From Bolinopsis microptera (lineage: Eukaryota): a stretch of 64,000 nt of DNA. The notes beneath the pieces were generated by a model. It did not search any database. It was not told the origin of the DNA and saw only the letters and a list, made by a program, of their open reading frames with translations. Positions 21,279-32,975 of this stretch are shown here, one piece after another. A program made the position numbers and the translations under genes. The stretch's first letter is position 1, and each line of letters begins with the position of its first letter. The stretch spans positions 19,228,658 through 19,292,657 of the forward strand of contig NC_087073.1 of the NCBI RefSeq assembly GCF_026151205.1, in the 5' to 3' direction.

Positions 21279-21455
21279 CTCATCGTATTGTCCAGGGTAA
21301 GTGCGCACTAGAGTGAAAGGAGTGAACTCTTTACTGGTGCCAGGCGCGCACCACAGCTGCACGTGCTTGCCGTGTGACACTGCAATGTGGGCTCCGTCCG
21401 GGGAATAGCTGATGGCACTGACGGGCTTTTTGAAGTTGTGGTGTGCCAGTAATAC
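21279..21455 (-). CDS. PWP2: PWP2 exon 3
   Basis: VLLAHHNFKKPVSAISYSPDGAHIAVSHGKHVQLWCAPGTSKEFTPFTLVRTYPGQYDE versus human VLHHFHFKGSVHSVSFSPDGRKFVVTKGNIAQMYHAPGKKREFNAFVLDKTYFGPYDE. Donor GAG|GTGCGG. Confidence 0.8.
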
Positions 21456-21677
21456 CTAGAGGGGAGTATAATTTGTTTGGAATGTTGCAACCCCCGGCAA
21501 TTAAGATGTGAGATGCAGCAAATGATAAAAATAGATTTCATTATAACACTGCACGGTTGCGCAGCAAAGCAGAGTTGAGAGTATTGCAGTTGCGAGAATA
21601 TTCCTTTGTGTTGAGTGGAGAGAGATGACCAAGAAAGGATTTAAGCATATAATATTCAATATTGTGAAACAACTCAC

Positions 21678-21803
21678 CCTTTTTCTGAGGTTTATAAGGA
21701 TAGCTCGGCCCTCCACATCGACACAAACCAACATGTTACCGCAGGGTGACAGGGCGAAACATTCCATGTTTTTACGTGTTTCAAATGGTAATGTCACCGT
21801 CTT
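21678..21803 (-). CDS. PWP2: PWP2 exon 2
   Basis: SKTVTLPFETRKNMECFALSPCGNMLVCVDVEGRAILINLRKR versus human TLPLATRYNVKCVGLSPDGRLAIIVDEGGDALLVSLVCRS. Acceptor tttcag, donor AGG|GTGAGT. Phase is consistent with exon 1. Confidence 0.8.
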
Positions 21804-21935
21804 GCTGAAATCAAAGAAATTTGAAAATCTTTTAATGATCTCAATAAACCAATAGATTGCGGTTTGGTTTTCCACAAAATAATATCTGATGGCTGCTAAC
21901 TGTTTTAACCTATTATATAAGATACTGAACGAATA

Positions 21936-22045
21936 TTAAGAATTTAAAGAATTTAAAAAATTTAAAGAATTTAAAGAATTTAAAGAATTTAAAGAATTTA
22001 AAGAATTTAAAGAATTTTAAGAATTTAAAGAATTAAGTCAGAGTC
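21936..22045. repeat. 9-bp minisatellite (AAGAATTTA)~12, beginning about 6 bp inside PWP2 intron 1
   Basis: Direct reading. Exon 1 ends at 22051. Confidence 0.9.
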
Positions 22046-22050
22046 CAGAC

Positions 22051-22184
22051 CTGCCCTTCATATCGAAGATAGTGATCCTACTGCCGACTGGACTGAGCAG
22101 CTTGTTACTGTCTGGACTGAAAATGAGGTTTCCTCCCTTGTACACCGTACCGCACAAGTTACTGAACTCATAGCTGAACTTCAT
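22051..22184 (-). CDS. PWP2: PWP2 (periodic tryptophan protein 2, WD40 / UTP-B small-subunit processome) first coding exon with the start codon
   Basis: MKFSYEFSNLCGTVYKGGNLIFSPDSNKLLSPVGSRITIFDMKG aligns with the human PWP2 N-terminus MKFAYRFSNLLGTVYRRGNLNFTCDGNSVISPVGNRVTVFDLK. ATG at 22184-22182. Donor CAG|GTCTGG. Confidence 0.8.
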
Positions 22185-23311
22185 CTGATCTCTGTTCAAA
22201 TTGTGTACAGTCAAGTAATTACCAATTAGCACATAATTACCATGAGTAACACAATTACTATAATTATAAGGAACATTATTTGTACTAGTAACATTCATAA
22301 TTATTGGCTACATTACATTTCATTGTAATTTGCGAGTCTGTCTATAATTGCACATTTGATAAAGTTGCAGAAGGATAGATCATTCGCCCAATAATTTAAA
22401 TTTAATCTAATTTTTACGCTTTTATTTTCTAAACTGCAAATTTTATCAACCACACGACCTCATAACTTCATAATATTATAATCCCATTTTCTCATCAATC
22501 TAGAAATTATCATGAATGATCAGTACATCATCCAATTGGACTGATTACGTAAATGTATGAGTAACAGTACACAAATACAATACTGCGCCCGTTAATTACC
22601 ACTGCTCTGATATTGCACCACCTTCAGAATACATTGCTCAATATACACGCTGCTTTGTGTCTTTGCGGGTGAAATGTTATGAAAGGGAGGAGATACGCGG
22701 AGCGTGACGTAATAGCACCACAAGAGATATATAATGTGGGTAATTTGCTTTACTGGCTATTTGACTGTCAAGATAAACTGGATTGTCTGGAGTGGCTCAC
22801 TGTTATACTGGGAACCAGGTGGTTTAAGAAGCTCAGCTTTCCAACTTTACGCAGTGAAACTACAGGAATCTGCTTGAGTGCGAATATGGTTGGCATTGTA
22901 TATTATAATTTACGAATGTATAAATTGATAAAACGTTAAAAGTAGGTTTCATATAATATATTACCCCTATATTAGCAAAATCATGTAAAAAGCATAAAAC
23001 ATGATACAATTTTAAAACATTAGCAGTACGAAATTGTATCCAAAACAGCAAATGTGTCCGGTTAAATAGGTCATATTCACATCTTGACCTTGATAATGTT
23101 AATGTTTAAGTGGTTTAAAATTGTATACGTGCGTCGTCAGTCGTGCATACAGCATAATCGATAACATTATTATGCTTCTCAAAATTTGGGAATCTGATGT
23201 TAGATGTTAAACGCGATTTACCATTATGTAAATCTGTCCACATTTGTATAACCATATTTCGACTGGTACTACAAAGAGAGTGGTAACCAAGTTAAAATCT
23301 GAACACCAGGG

Positions 23312-23920
23312 TTAATACCGACTATCTGACTGTTTAGCTACTGATTCCTGCCTCTCCACTTCACCTTCCTCAATTCTCGAGGTTACCTCCGCTGAATGGT
23401 CCTCCAATATGCTGTTTACTAACCCCCTGTGTTTCTCCATGATAGTCCGGCACCCCTCATGTACCTTACCTCCCTTAAACTTCTGTCTCCGCCTCTTGCT
23501 GTCTCTCTGTAACTTTATCAACTCCAGTTTAGATTTAGCCTGGGCTTCTTGCTTTTGTTTCAGTTTTTCTTCCGGGTCAAATTCTTGAAGATCTGATAAA
23601 TTGAGCTGGTTTGGGAGGTCGCTGCTGTTTTCAACGAGGAAAGTGTAAAGTTCCAACTTTGCTGCAGGTGGGAGGAGACTGAACGCTTCAGTGAAATCAC
23701 CAGAGGGAACACTGTTTTCTTCGTACAACGATAAAATTTTTGTCTCAACTTTATGATCAAGAGAGGGCGGGGGTCGCTTCTTCGATCGTTTATGAGATGG
23801 CGAGTAATTCAAAAACTTTTCTAAATCATATCCAATATCTGTGACGAATGTTTCAATTGTTCGTTGGAGTTCTTCTATTTTTTCGTAGAGTTTAACTTCA
23901 TTAATACTTAGTTCACTCAT
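23312..23920 (-). CDS. Uncharacterised intronless ORF (202 aa), acidic with basic NLS-like patches (HKRSKKRPPP, RDSKRRRQKFKGGK). Product unknown.
   Basis: ORF track only. ATG in a reasonable Kozak context (gtcATGa). It begins about 25 bp from the LINE 3' end. Confidence 0.3.
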   Translation of the reverse strand: MSELSINEVKLYEKIEELQRTIETFVTDIGYDLEKFLNYSPSHKRSKKRPPPSLDHKVETKILSLYEENSVPSGDFTEAFSLLPPAAKLELYTFLVENSSDLPNQLNLSDLQEFDPEEKLKQKQEAQAKSKLELIKLQRDSKRRRQKFKGGKVHEGCRTIMEKHRGLVNSILEDHSAEVTSRIEEGEVERQESVAKQSDSRY

Positions 23921-23944
23921 GACCCTGACAAATCAAATGTGGTT

Positions 23945-26260
23945 AATTAATATATTATATAACTTTATTCAAATCAAAAATAGAACATAAATGAACATCT
24001 TAAAGATCTGATAAGTAGCCAGAAAAAAAGAAATACTGATACACAAGCTATATAACAACTTCTTCCATCCCGCTCTATCAGAGGCTAAAAGTCTTAAATT
24101 GTACAAATCGTCTGTATTTACAAATGGAATGTTCCTACTACCTAAATCAAATTTAATAGTCTTAAGCAAGTTCGACTGGTGTCTGCCTACTCTACCCTTT
24201 TTGGTACTCTGACTCTCTACTGCAAAGTGTAATGCAAGCTGTGCAGGTGAGTTGTTATCACTGCGAAGGACATGTCCGAGCATCCTCCATCGTGCACATG
24301 CAACACACTCACTGAGTGGAACCACTTCACATCTCTTGTAAAGGGTGTCGTTTTTGATTATATTAGGGTAAGTCATTCTGATGATTTGCCTCAGATGCTT
24401 TCTGTGGCAAATATCCAGTTTACTCAGTAGCTGCTTTGAAGCAGCCCAGCAGCTACAATTATACATTAAGACGGAGACCACCTGGGCTTCGTAGATCTTA
24501 AGTCTGGTCTTAAGAGGTATGCGTTTACCTTGTTCCCAAACTTTCTTGTAGGTTTGGAGGGAAGTTGGTCGTTTAGCTCCGGACAGTCTATGCAACGTCT
24601 ATGCAACGTCCGTGCAACAACAAAAGAACCGTCTATGCAACGTCTATGCAACGTCCCTGCACAATGAACACTCTATGCACACTCCCTGCACGGTCAGTCT
24701 ATGCAACGTCTATGCAATGTCTATGCAACGTCCCTGCACAGTACCATATGAACACCGGCTACTAGCCGGCTACTAGCCGGCTAGTAGCCACTTTTTTAAT
24801 AACAGCTCCTCAACTTCACATTAACAACCGGCTACTAACCGGCACTTGAAAAGTGGTCACTAGCCGGCTACTAACCGGCTACTAGCCGGCTAGTGACCAC
24901 AAAGTGGCTACTAACCGGCTACTAAGCGGTCACTAGCCGGCTATTAGCCGAGCTCTAAAGCAGACCTATTAGTAGCCGGTTCTAAACCGGCTACTAGCCG
25001 GCACTTGAAAAGCGGTCACTAGCCGGCTACTAACCGGCTACTAACCGGCTAGTAACCACCAAGTGGCTACTAACCGGCTACTAACCGGTCACTAGCCGGC
25101 TCTAAAGCAGACCTATTAGTAGCCGGTTAGTAGCCACTTTGTGGTCACTAGCCGGCTAGTAGCCGGTTAGTAGCCGGCTAGTGACCACTTTTCAAGTGCC
25201 GGTTAGTAGCCGGTTGGTAATGTGAAGTTGAGGAGCTGTTATTACAAAAGTGGCTACTAGCCGGCTAGTAGCCGGCTAGTAGCCGGTGTTCATATGGTAC
25301 TGTGCAGGGACGTTGCATAGACGTTGCATAGACGTTGCATAGACTGACCGTGCAGGGAGTGTGCATAGAGTGTTCATTGTGCAGGGACGTTGCATAGACG
25401 TTGCATAGACGGTTCTTTTGTTGTTGCATGGACGTTGCATAGACGTTGCATAGACTGTCCGGAGCTAAACGACCAAGTTGCCGGTTTGGAAAGCAAGATT
25501 TGCCAGAATACATCGTCTTTTTATGTCCTCGTTGCTGCACAATTTGGAACCAAGTGAGATAGATGATCTCCAGGGCTCTCTTCCTCGAAGTGGCTCTCCT
25601 TTGTCATCAACTTCGTTCTTCTCGGCCAGATAGATATGTGTGAACTCTGTTTTTGATTCGTTGACAAAAAGATTCCACTCCTCCAATATCTCCTTGCATA
25701 TTGGTAACATGGACTCCAAATTCTTTTTATCCTCGTCTGTGAAGTCTGCGTCGTCTGCGTACTCCCACTCAAGAGGTAGCAGGTTTTCAGCAAACGGAGG
25801 GTTGGGTCTTAGATAAGACATAAAGGCACGAAGGTGATAAAGTGCGCCAGCCAAATACAGGGTGAAAAGGTTTCCAGACAAACTATCACCTTGGAACGCA
25901 CCTATCGTGACAATGAACTCCCCTGATACGGTAGACCTCACTTTAATCTTCAGTTTGGTACATGAGAGTAGGTACCTTATCAGTCGGATGTCGTCTTCAC
26001 TACAACCAGCATCAGCAAGAAGTTCTAGCAAAACTGATCTCTTAATGGTGTCGAATGCAGATGACATATCAATACCCATTTTGTGTAGAGACCAGCGTTT
26101 CTCCTTCACAACTGAAACTAGGATCCGTTGTGTCCAAACAATATTTGCACAGCTATGGCCAGGCTTGTAGGCATTTTGCCAAGGTCCTGTGTACTGAGAA
26201 ACTTGTCTTTGAATGCGTCTAAGGACTATCATGGACAATATCTTCCTGGTGCCGTTTAAA
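23945..26260 (-). mobile_element. 5'-truncated non-LTR retrotransposon (LINE; RT and C-terminal domain only, no EN), interrupted by the foldback-like insertion at 24567-25474
   Basis: 25465-26238 encodes RT motifs (GPWQNAYKPGHS, DMSSAFDTI, FQGDSLSGNLF, EYADDADF). 23969-24595 encodes the thumb/C-terminal region (LMYNCSCWAA...ARWRMLGHVLR). Reading continues in frame across the insertion when both flanking AACTT copies are kept. Confidence 0.75.
24567..25474. mobile_element. Foldback-like element (908 bp): long inverted arms built of short tandem subrepeats, inserted into the LINE RT ORF
   Basis: Left arm 24567 to about 24960 is the reverse complement of right arm about 25130 to 25474. Termini GGTCGTTTAGCTCCGGACAG / CTGTCCGGAGCTAAACGACC. 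Flanked by AAGTT on both sides (24562-24566 and 25475-25479). Same family as 10166-11363. Confidence 0.7.
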
Positions 26261-27627
26261 AGACAAAGAGGGCGCAGACTTTTTAAAGGTCCACGTGGCT
26301 TACCAGTTTAATAACGTATTAAAAAATCGCCATATAAGACTTAAATAAATTTCAAACAGCAGGTATATTTACTTAATTCAGGCCTCTCATTTTGGTAATG
26401 TGACTTTTTCAAACTATGTAACCACACCTCACTTCGATTGGTAGATCTTAATAGCTAAGACAATAACTTTATTCAGCACTTCATTAGTTTCATATAATTC
26501 GGTTTAATTTAATCGAATTTGATTTAATCAGATATGTATGACCTTTTCCAAATTCTGTTAGTACTTCCCATTCGTTGACTTGCGCATATTTCAGCCAATA
26601 AAAAGCTTAAAGCTTTAAAGAGTGAAGAAATGACCGCATATTATACGTCGCGTATAATACATATTGACCCACTTACTGAGAACCTATAAGCGGAGTACAG
26701 ACTACAGAAGTGTTGAACAGGAAATTGCGATGTACGGGAACAATGAGATTCACATGAACTTTACAATTGTCATGGTGGCTGATCCATTCTTTACACCCTT
26801 ACCTACATCATCTTACATCTATCTATACTTAACAATCCTCTCAACACTCAACTACAATTATAAGCTTTGTGTGCTTTAAGAATGTCACGTGATTCCATAT
26901 GAAGAGCAGGTATGTGATGAGGTTTCCATCGAGGGAAGTGAGCCTCATGAACAGGGGTTGATGAGTGGTCTGGAGCGGAATACTGTGATATCTAATGATT
27001 ATTTGCATATTTTGTAAATAGTAACAATGCAATGTTGAGAGAAGATGTAAGAAGAATGTTGTTTGTTTGTTACGAGCAATGTGAATAAGAAGAGTGGCGG
27101 CCGTGTGTCTATATTTCATGATTATGATGATTGATGAGGTAGAAAATAGTCGTTTGAAAAAAGACTTTAAAAATATATGAAAGAGACATGTTTTATCCGT
27201 ACAGATTTTACGTACGCTACTTAAATGTTCATTTGTATAAATATCTGATAATTTACAGTCATAAATAAACTGAACTTGCGAGCCATTATCCACATTTACT
27301 ATGGTTATGTTTTGAGCGGAGTTTAAATCATATCCTCACTTTGCAAATGCAATATAAGATGGTAGTTACCGGAACATAAATGTGGAGATCATTTAAACTG
27401 TTGACAAATGAACAGCATATTATAAAATATACATAATATCGAGATAGTTAGTACATCATGTTAACAGTGATTTTGATCCCAACTGTTTCTAGTTCACTCC
27501 TAGAATTTATAATTATAAGATTGCTTATTTCTTCTAAGCAGAACACACCAAGTTTTCAGCAGCTATCGCCTCATTACAAGGAGTTCTTATGACTTTATGA
27601 TAACAAAAGTTCACAACAAAATGTCGA

Positions 27628-29031
27628 TCACAGTGTCTTTGACTTGTCTGTGGTTGGATCTATCTTAAAACTACCCTTAGTTGATTCCTTCTTTTTGTTG
27701 TTTCGGCTGCCAAATCGTGCTCTATTGATAAGAGACTTAGTCTTGTCGATGAATGAGAATTGTTTTGGCGGATTTGAACCGTTTGAAGAGCCACCATGTG
27801 GTGAGATCAGGACTCGACGTGTTCTTATACTTCCTGAATTACCAGCACTAGAACCCTGCTGTAATTGTAAAGCCTTCACAGAATCCATTGTAGTGCAGGA
27901 CCGTCGGGAGGATTTGGTTGAGAACTGACGAGCTGGTTTGCGAGGTGGGAGCGGATTTTTGGGAATCGAAGAAGGGGTAGGAAGTTTTGGTGGTGGCACT
28001 TGAACGATCGGGCTTGCATGTGATACAGGTCGAGATCGGCTCACCTTGTATGTCATGTACAAGGGGTCTCCGTTCAGGGAATGACTTCTTAAAACGCCCG
28101 GTATCACGGTACGTTTGGGGTGTCTGAAAGAACTGGACCCTCCTAGAGGACGAACATTTGGGAAACTTTTCTTAGCTGCTGACTCTGGAGTAACAGTCAG
28201 ATCAGTCAAGGCTTGCAAAGCAAGAGCTTTACAAAGGGCAGTGTTTTGATCGTGACTCTCTGATGGGTCTCCAACTTCACAGTTATGATCAATGGGACAC
28301 GTCTTATTCACAACAGTCGGGGGTTGATCTTGCTTAATTGTGATCACAGTAGAGGGGCTCAGTGTTGCCATCTCAGACATGGGTTCGTAATAAGTGTGTG
28401 AAGTTTGGAGAATCTGGGATTCCGTGTCGTAAGTTACAGGTGTGTTTAATGTGGAACTGTCAGGTAAATTCACCTGGTGTCCAAAATGTCTGCTTGACAT
28501 AGACGCTCTCGAAATTGACAACCTCTCAGAATTTACTGAAGGAGTGTTGTGAGGAGTCTGAGAGAGTGACCTCATGAGAGAGTCAGAAAAGGGCGTTGAG
28601 GGGAATGAGGTGTAAGCAGCCATTGTGATCCTGCTGTCAGTATATTCAGACAAACTCTGAAGAAGGTTAACCTTGCTCTCGTCTGCTAAAATGGACGAGA
28701 CGCCCAGTTCAGGAATTACTGTAGATGGTGTATCTGGATAGATTCTACCAGACTGGCCCCCTAAATTCTCCAGCAGTTGTAAAGAAGCCAGAGCATACTG
28801 GGCCATAGCAGCTTGAAACTCATTCTCCGGCTCTATGCTGTCCAGTGTCTGAAAAGCTAGTCTGAGATCACCTCTGTTCTGTGTCATCTGAGCCAGGGAA
28901 GCAGATGCTATGTTGTCCATTGTACTCATGACGTCACTCAAGCTCAAATGCTGAGACTCCCACTCCGGAGATCCTGGGCTTCCTCCACTTGAGATGATTT
29001 GCTGTAGCGCATCTCGCAGATTCAATTTCAT
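27628..29031 (-). CDS. Uncharacterised Ser/Pro-rich ORF (467 aa), probably an intrinsically disordered protein. Product not recognised.
   Basis: ORF track. ATG at 29031. No recognisable domain by eye. Confidence 0.3.
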   Translation of the reverse strand: MKLNLRDALQQIISSGGSPGSPEWESQHLSLSDVMSTMDNIASASLAQMTQNRGDLRLAFQTLDSIEPENEFQAAMAQYALASLQLLENLGGQSGRIYPDTPSTVIPELGVSSILADESKVNLLQSLSEYTDSRITMAAYTSFPSTPFSDSLMRSLSQTPHNTPSVNSERLSISRASMSSRHFGHQVNLPDSSTLNTPVTYDTESQILQTSHTYYEPMSEMATLSPSTVITIKQDQPPTVVNKTCPIDHNCEVGDPSESHDQNTALCKALALQALTDLTVTPESAAKKSFPNVRPLGGSSSFRHPKRTVIPGVLRSHSLNGDPLYMTYKVSRSRPVSHASPIVQVPPPKLPTPSSIPKNPLPPRKPARQFSTKSSRRSCTTMDSVKALQLQQGSSAGNSGSIRTRRVLISPHGGSSNGSNPPKQFSFIDKTKSLINRARFGSRNNKKKESTKGSFKIDPTTDKSKTL

Positions 29032-29744
29032 GTCATTCCGACAACATCAAATCAAGGTTAAACGTACGATATGAAAATTAGGGAGACGGGAGGAAAAGCC
29101 AAAAATATGTTGTGGCGTCAGAGTGAAAGGTGTAATGCATGAGTACATGGCCTGGGGCAGGTTATGTGGCGTAAAGTTGAGAAGTCATAGCCTACTCTAA
29201 TTGGACGAAACTAATTGAAAAATTACCAACTTAATTTCTACATGCACATACCTGCTGAAATTAATTAACAAATTCCAACTTCTTTTGAAGTTTGATTTGT
29301 AAAATTGGCCGATAGCGGATTACGTGTTCATATTAAAATTTGCCAAAAAGATATTAGGACAGATCTATGGATTCAATAAATAGAGGGACAATTATCATTT
29401 CTATCACATTAAATGTCAAAAACGAACAAGGAAATTAATATTGGACTGAGAATTACTGCAAATAGAATTGTTGCAATAACCAGCCTAACAAGATAAAGCA
29501 TACCATTATAATATATTCTATCTTGTCAACAGTTTAGCTGACTAAACGTCACCATTCACTTATATCAGCGGCAAGATATTTTATAAAAACAACAGCATAT
29601 AAAACATTCATGTCACTCTCCCAATTAATTTATAGTAAAAATTTGCCGAAACCAGCGACAAAAGGGAATTAAATCACTTAACCATGTAAAGAACTCAAAT
29701 AAAAGCGGACCTGGATACGCTTCCAAATCTAACAATCTTTTCGG

Positions 29745-30248
29745 CTATTCCAAGTACCTAACTCGCTCTGCGGCTATATAAAATCTAGTCTTATCATTGA
29801 TATCATGCCACCCTATAGGTCCAACCTCACAGTCAGCACATGACAAAAACTTTATATTTTCCACTAAATGGGAAACCCCTATGTTCTCGAAAGCCATTAA
29901 AGAAGTAAGCAACCAAAACTTAGTGACAACTTCATTTTCTGGTGCATCTACTTTGTACCTAGACATTTTCATTTCACTCTCGACCAGCACCGCTGTGTCT
30001 GCCAAACAAATCTTACTAGGACACCTTGGACAATGTATCTCCTTGTTTTTGCTTCCTTCAGCGCATTCAATTGAACCCCACTCCACAAAGGACTGGTTTG
30101 TTGGTTGAGACGCTCCGCTGAGCGCAGCTCCCCCCATTAAAAGTTCTCGGAGTTGGTCCGCAGAGAGCTGGTGTTCAGGCCCAATGTTCTCTATATCGGA
30201 GGCAGCAGCCGCGACAGCGGTGTCCGGTAATTCTGCGTCACCAGGCAT
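29745..30248 (-). CDS. RABIF: MSS4 / RABIF-like Rab guanine-nucleotide exchange factor and chaperone, intronless
   Basis: FENIGVSHLVENIKFLSCADCEVGPIGWHDINDKTRFYIAAERV versus human MSS4 FENVGFTKDVGNIKFLVCADCEIGPIGWHCLDDKNSFYVALERV. Zinc-site HCPRCPSK versus LCQRCGSR. An alternative upstream ATG exists at 30290. Confidence 0.8.
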   Translation of the reverse strand: MPGDAELPDTAVAAAASDIENIGPEHQLSADQLRELLMGGAALSGASQPTNQSFVEWGSIECAEGSKNKEIHCPRCPSKICLADTAVLVESEMKMSRYKVDAPENEVVTKFWLLTSLMAFENIGVSHLVENIKFLSCADCEVGPIGWHDINDKTRFYIAAERVRYLE

Positions 30249-32198
30249 GGTTAGCTGTGTCAAGGATAGTTTGTTAGAATTACAATACATATTATGTAGG
30301 GGATTATCTTAAGGTTTCAAACACGCTTTAAATTTAAAATAATAGTTCTGAGCGTGAATTTAAATCTTAATCTTCTCTAACAGAGGCGACAGATAATATC
30401 AGCGATAAGAAGGAGGCAGGATTTCGATTAGATAAAACTCATTCAAATTAAACATGAGAATACACTATACTACATTAAATACACATTCGCAAAATTTGTT
30501 TAAATCAATTCCATTCACAATCAAAAACCACAATCAAAACCTCCTAATATATCTTATATCTGGTTGAATTGATTTGTCGTATTCTCATAGTCATAGAATT
30601 ATTGTCATTATTTCATCGATCATTTTATCATAATATTTAAAAACAAAGAAGTAACATTTTGTATTGACTTTTATCAATTTTTCGGAATTGTTTTTTACGA
30701 GCTCGGCATAGTCGAGCAAATTGTAAACGAAGTCTTTTAATGATTATCAATATCATCTGAAATTTTTAAAAACCTTCGAAATAATTAATTTCACATTTCG
30801 ACAAGAACCCAAAAAACAAGGCAAACAAAAATAATAATTCTAGCTCAATGCTTTCTAATAAAGCTTGTAGGTAGGCTGAGTTTAATAAGTCTATCGAAAC
30901 ACTAACTCACACAGGACATTGACAACGATTAACTATTATAATGCTACTGTCAAAACGATTGAAACCGTCCGGCACTATGTCCGGCACTATGTCCGGCACT
31001 ATGACCAAAACTACAGCCTCAAAGTTCCAACCTCAGTGATATACTAACTCCAGGACGTCATGCTCCAAAATATGCAATACCTTAAGTTCAGTTTTTACCC
31101 CTACAGTAACCCAAATTAAGCCGATTGCCTGGACCCAAAGTAATAACTTTTAAAACAGTTTTGTGCTCAAATTTAGAAGAACACGAAAATTTTAAAGATG
31201 AAAATATAATGTCTGTGCTAAAGCTTGACAGTTGCAACTAAAGAAGGAGTAGTAGTATCTAAAAGTAAAGGTATCAGGTTCTAGTCTATAATAGTGTATA
31301 CACAACGAATAAGGTCCTGTTCCAGTCGGCCTAAAGGACAGTACCCTTTTGAAGCAACCTTAACTCGAGTCAATCTAATCTGCAAAAGCCCTCCTCAAGT
31401 GCAACGATGGAATTTTATGACTATGGACCGAGCTCGGAGCGAGACTTAGTAGTGTTATGTTTTGTTTTACTTTTGATGAGGTACAAAATTCGTTCTCTTA
31501 TTCAATTACTATTCTGAAAAATCATTATATTCCCCATACAGAACATTTGGTGATGGTATTTTTTAAAGTTATGTGAAAATACCACACGGACACATCAGTT
31601 AATAACCTCCATAAATTATCTGAGAATAAAACGTATTAAACATTAACTATAACATTTGACAAGACGTGTCAAGGAAATTATTTGCATACTGCGTAAGGAA
31701 AATAGCATAAATCTAATAATTTTAAATCAAAGAAAAAACAAATTAAATTACACACCATACATTAAATATCATATATGAATTATGATATAATATAGCAATA
31801 ATTTAATATTTAGAATTAGATTAAGATTTAAACGAAATACCACACAAAATGATTAAAACTGCAAGGCATAGATTCCATAATCAGAATCTCAAGATATAAT
31901 TGTAGAAGGTGGATCGTCTGATAATAACACATAACATTATTATTATAAAAAAACTTAGTAACCAAGCAGTACTCTGGTAAGCCTAGTAACTTGTATATAA
32001 TATGTTTATATTGAGTCCTCGTTGTGATTTTCTATAGTAGCTGCATCAGCCCAGTCCCAATTAACGTCCAAACACACTACTGAGAGTCTAACATTTAGTC
32101 AACATAGTACAAATCATTGAGTGACATGGACAGTTGTTATTCCTATTGAATTATTAATGTCGGTGCTGGCCGGAGCACACACACACAAACAGTGCCAC

Positions 32199-32288
32199 TC
32201 AGCAGAGACATGATGATTCGGAGGCTTGGGACTTGTCTAACGGCACTGTGTCTGTAGGCTCTGTCGGCGCGTTCACACTGTCAGCCAT
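32199..32288 (-). CDS. Rab3-like exon 6 (C-terminal tail ending in a CLC prenylation motif, stop TGA)
   Basis: MADSVNAPTEPTDTVPLDKSQASESSCLC*. Acceptor ctcactttcag. The CXC C-terminus matches the Rab3 CAC. Confidence 0.75.
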   Translation of the reverse strand: MADSVNAPTEPTDTVPLDKSQASESSCLC

Positions 32289-32487
32289 CTGAAAGTGAGC
32301 GGGGTTAGTGTAGGACTCATCAGGTAATTTCAGTTGTGGATCCGTCAAAATGAACTATACAATTCATTATAATAACCTTATTGATTATAACTTGATAACG
32401 TATAAAATTGATTTAGTTTCCACAAGTTGTGAACAACATTTAATAGAACTAATAATTATAGGGTTCATTTGAATAAGGAAGCATTAC

Positions 32488-32592
32488 CTGTACACATATT
32501 GAGCTCACGAGAGAGTGGAATGTAGACTGGACACTGTCCGATGTTTTGGCGCTTGCTTCAAAGAACTCATACCCCAGCTCGTTTGCAAGATC
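32488..32592 (-). CDS. Rab3-like exon 5 (SAK motif); the acceptor position is uncertain
   Basis: [35 protein letters not shown] versus Rab3A [35 protein letters not shown]. The in-frame acceptor ...cgcaag|GAT is weak. A pyrimidine-rich AG at 32614 would be out of frame. Confidence 0.65.
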
Positions 32593-32840
32593 CTTGCGAA
32601 TGTCATTGTTAACTAATTTCAGATTAAACAAAATATTTCGATTCTTTCACATTTTTATGTTTCTGGTTTATCAAACCAATTTATTCGCTTAAACAGCCAA
32701 TCAGTTCAGTCTCTACACTTCGAGTTGATGTTATAATAAATGTATCACCATTAACTCGTGAAGGTAACATTGTGAATCTTCACATATCAATAATATGTTT
32801 TACAAAACCCCCTGGTCATCTTGCTCCTACTGGGACTGAA

Positions 32841-32975
32841 CTACTCTAAGTACATACCTTGCCCCGCTGAGTTGGCACTTGGCACTGCTCTAAGTACATA
32901 CCTTGCCCCGCTGAGTTTGCACTGCTCTAAGTACATACCTTGCCCCGATGAATTGGCACTGCTTTGAGTACATAC
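32841..32975 (-). repeat. Three extra tandem copies (37-44-bp units) of the exon-4 end plus donor junction (CAGTGCCAACTCAGCGGGGCAAG|GTATGTACTTAGAG) in intron 4
   Basis: Units with 2-3 substitutions each follow directly 3' of the genuine donor on the minus strand, giving 4 copies in total. Confidence 0.85.

Noticed and set aside
29797-30108. Plus-strand 103-aa ORF
   Set aside because: Antisense to the well-supported MSS4/RABIF-like CDS. No similarity.
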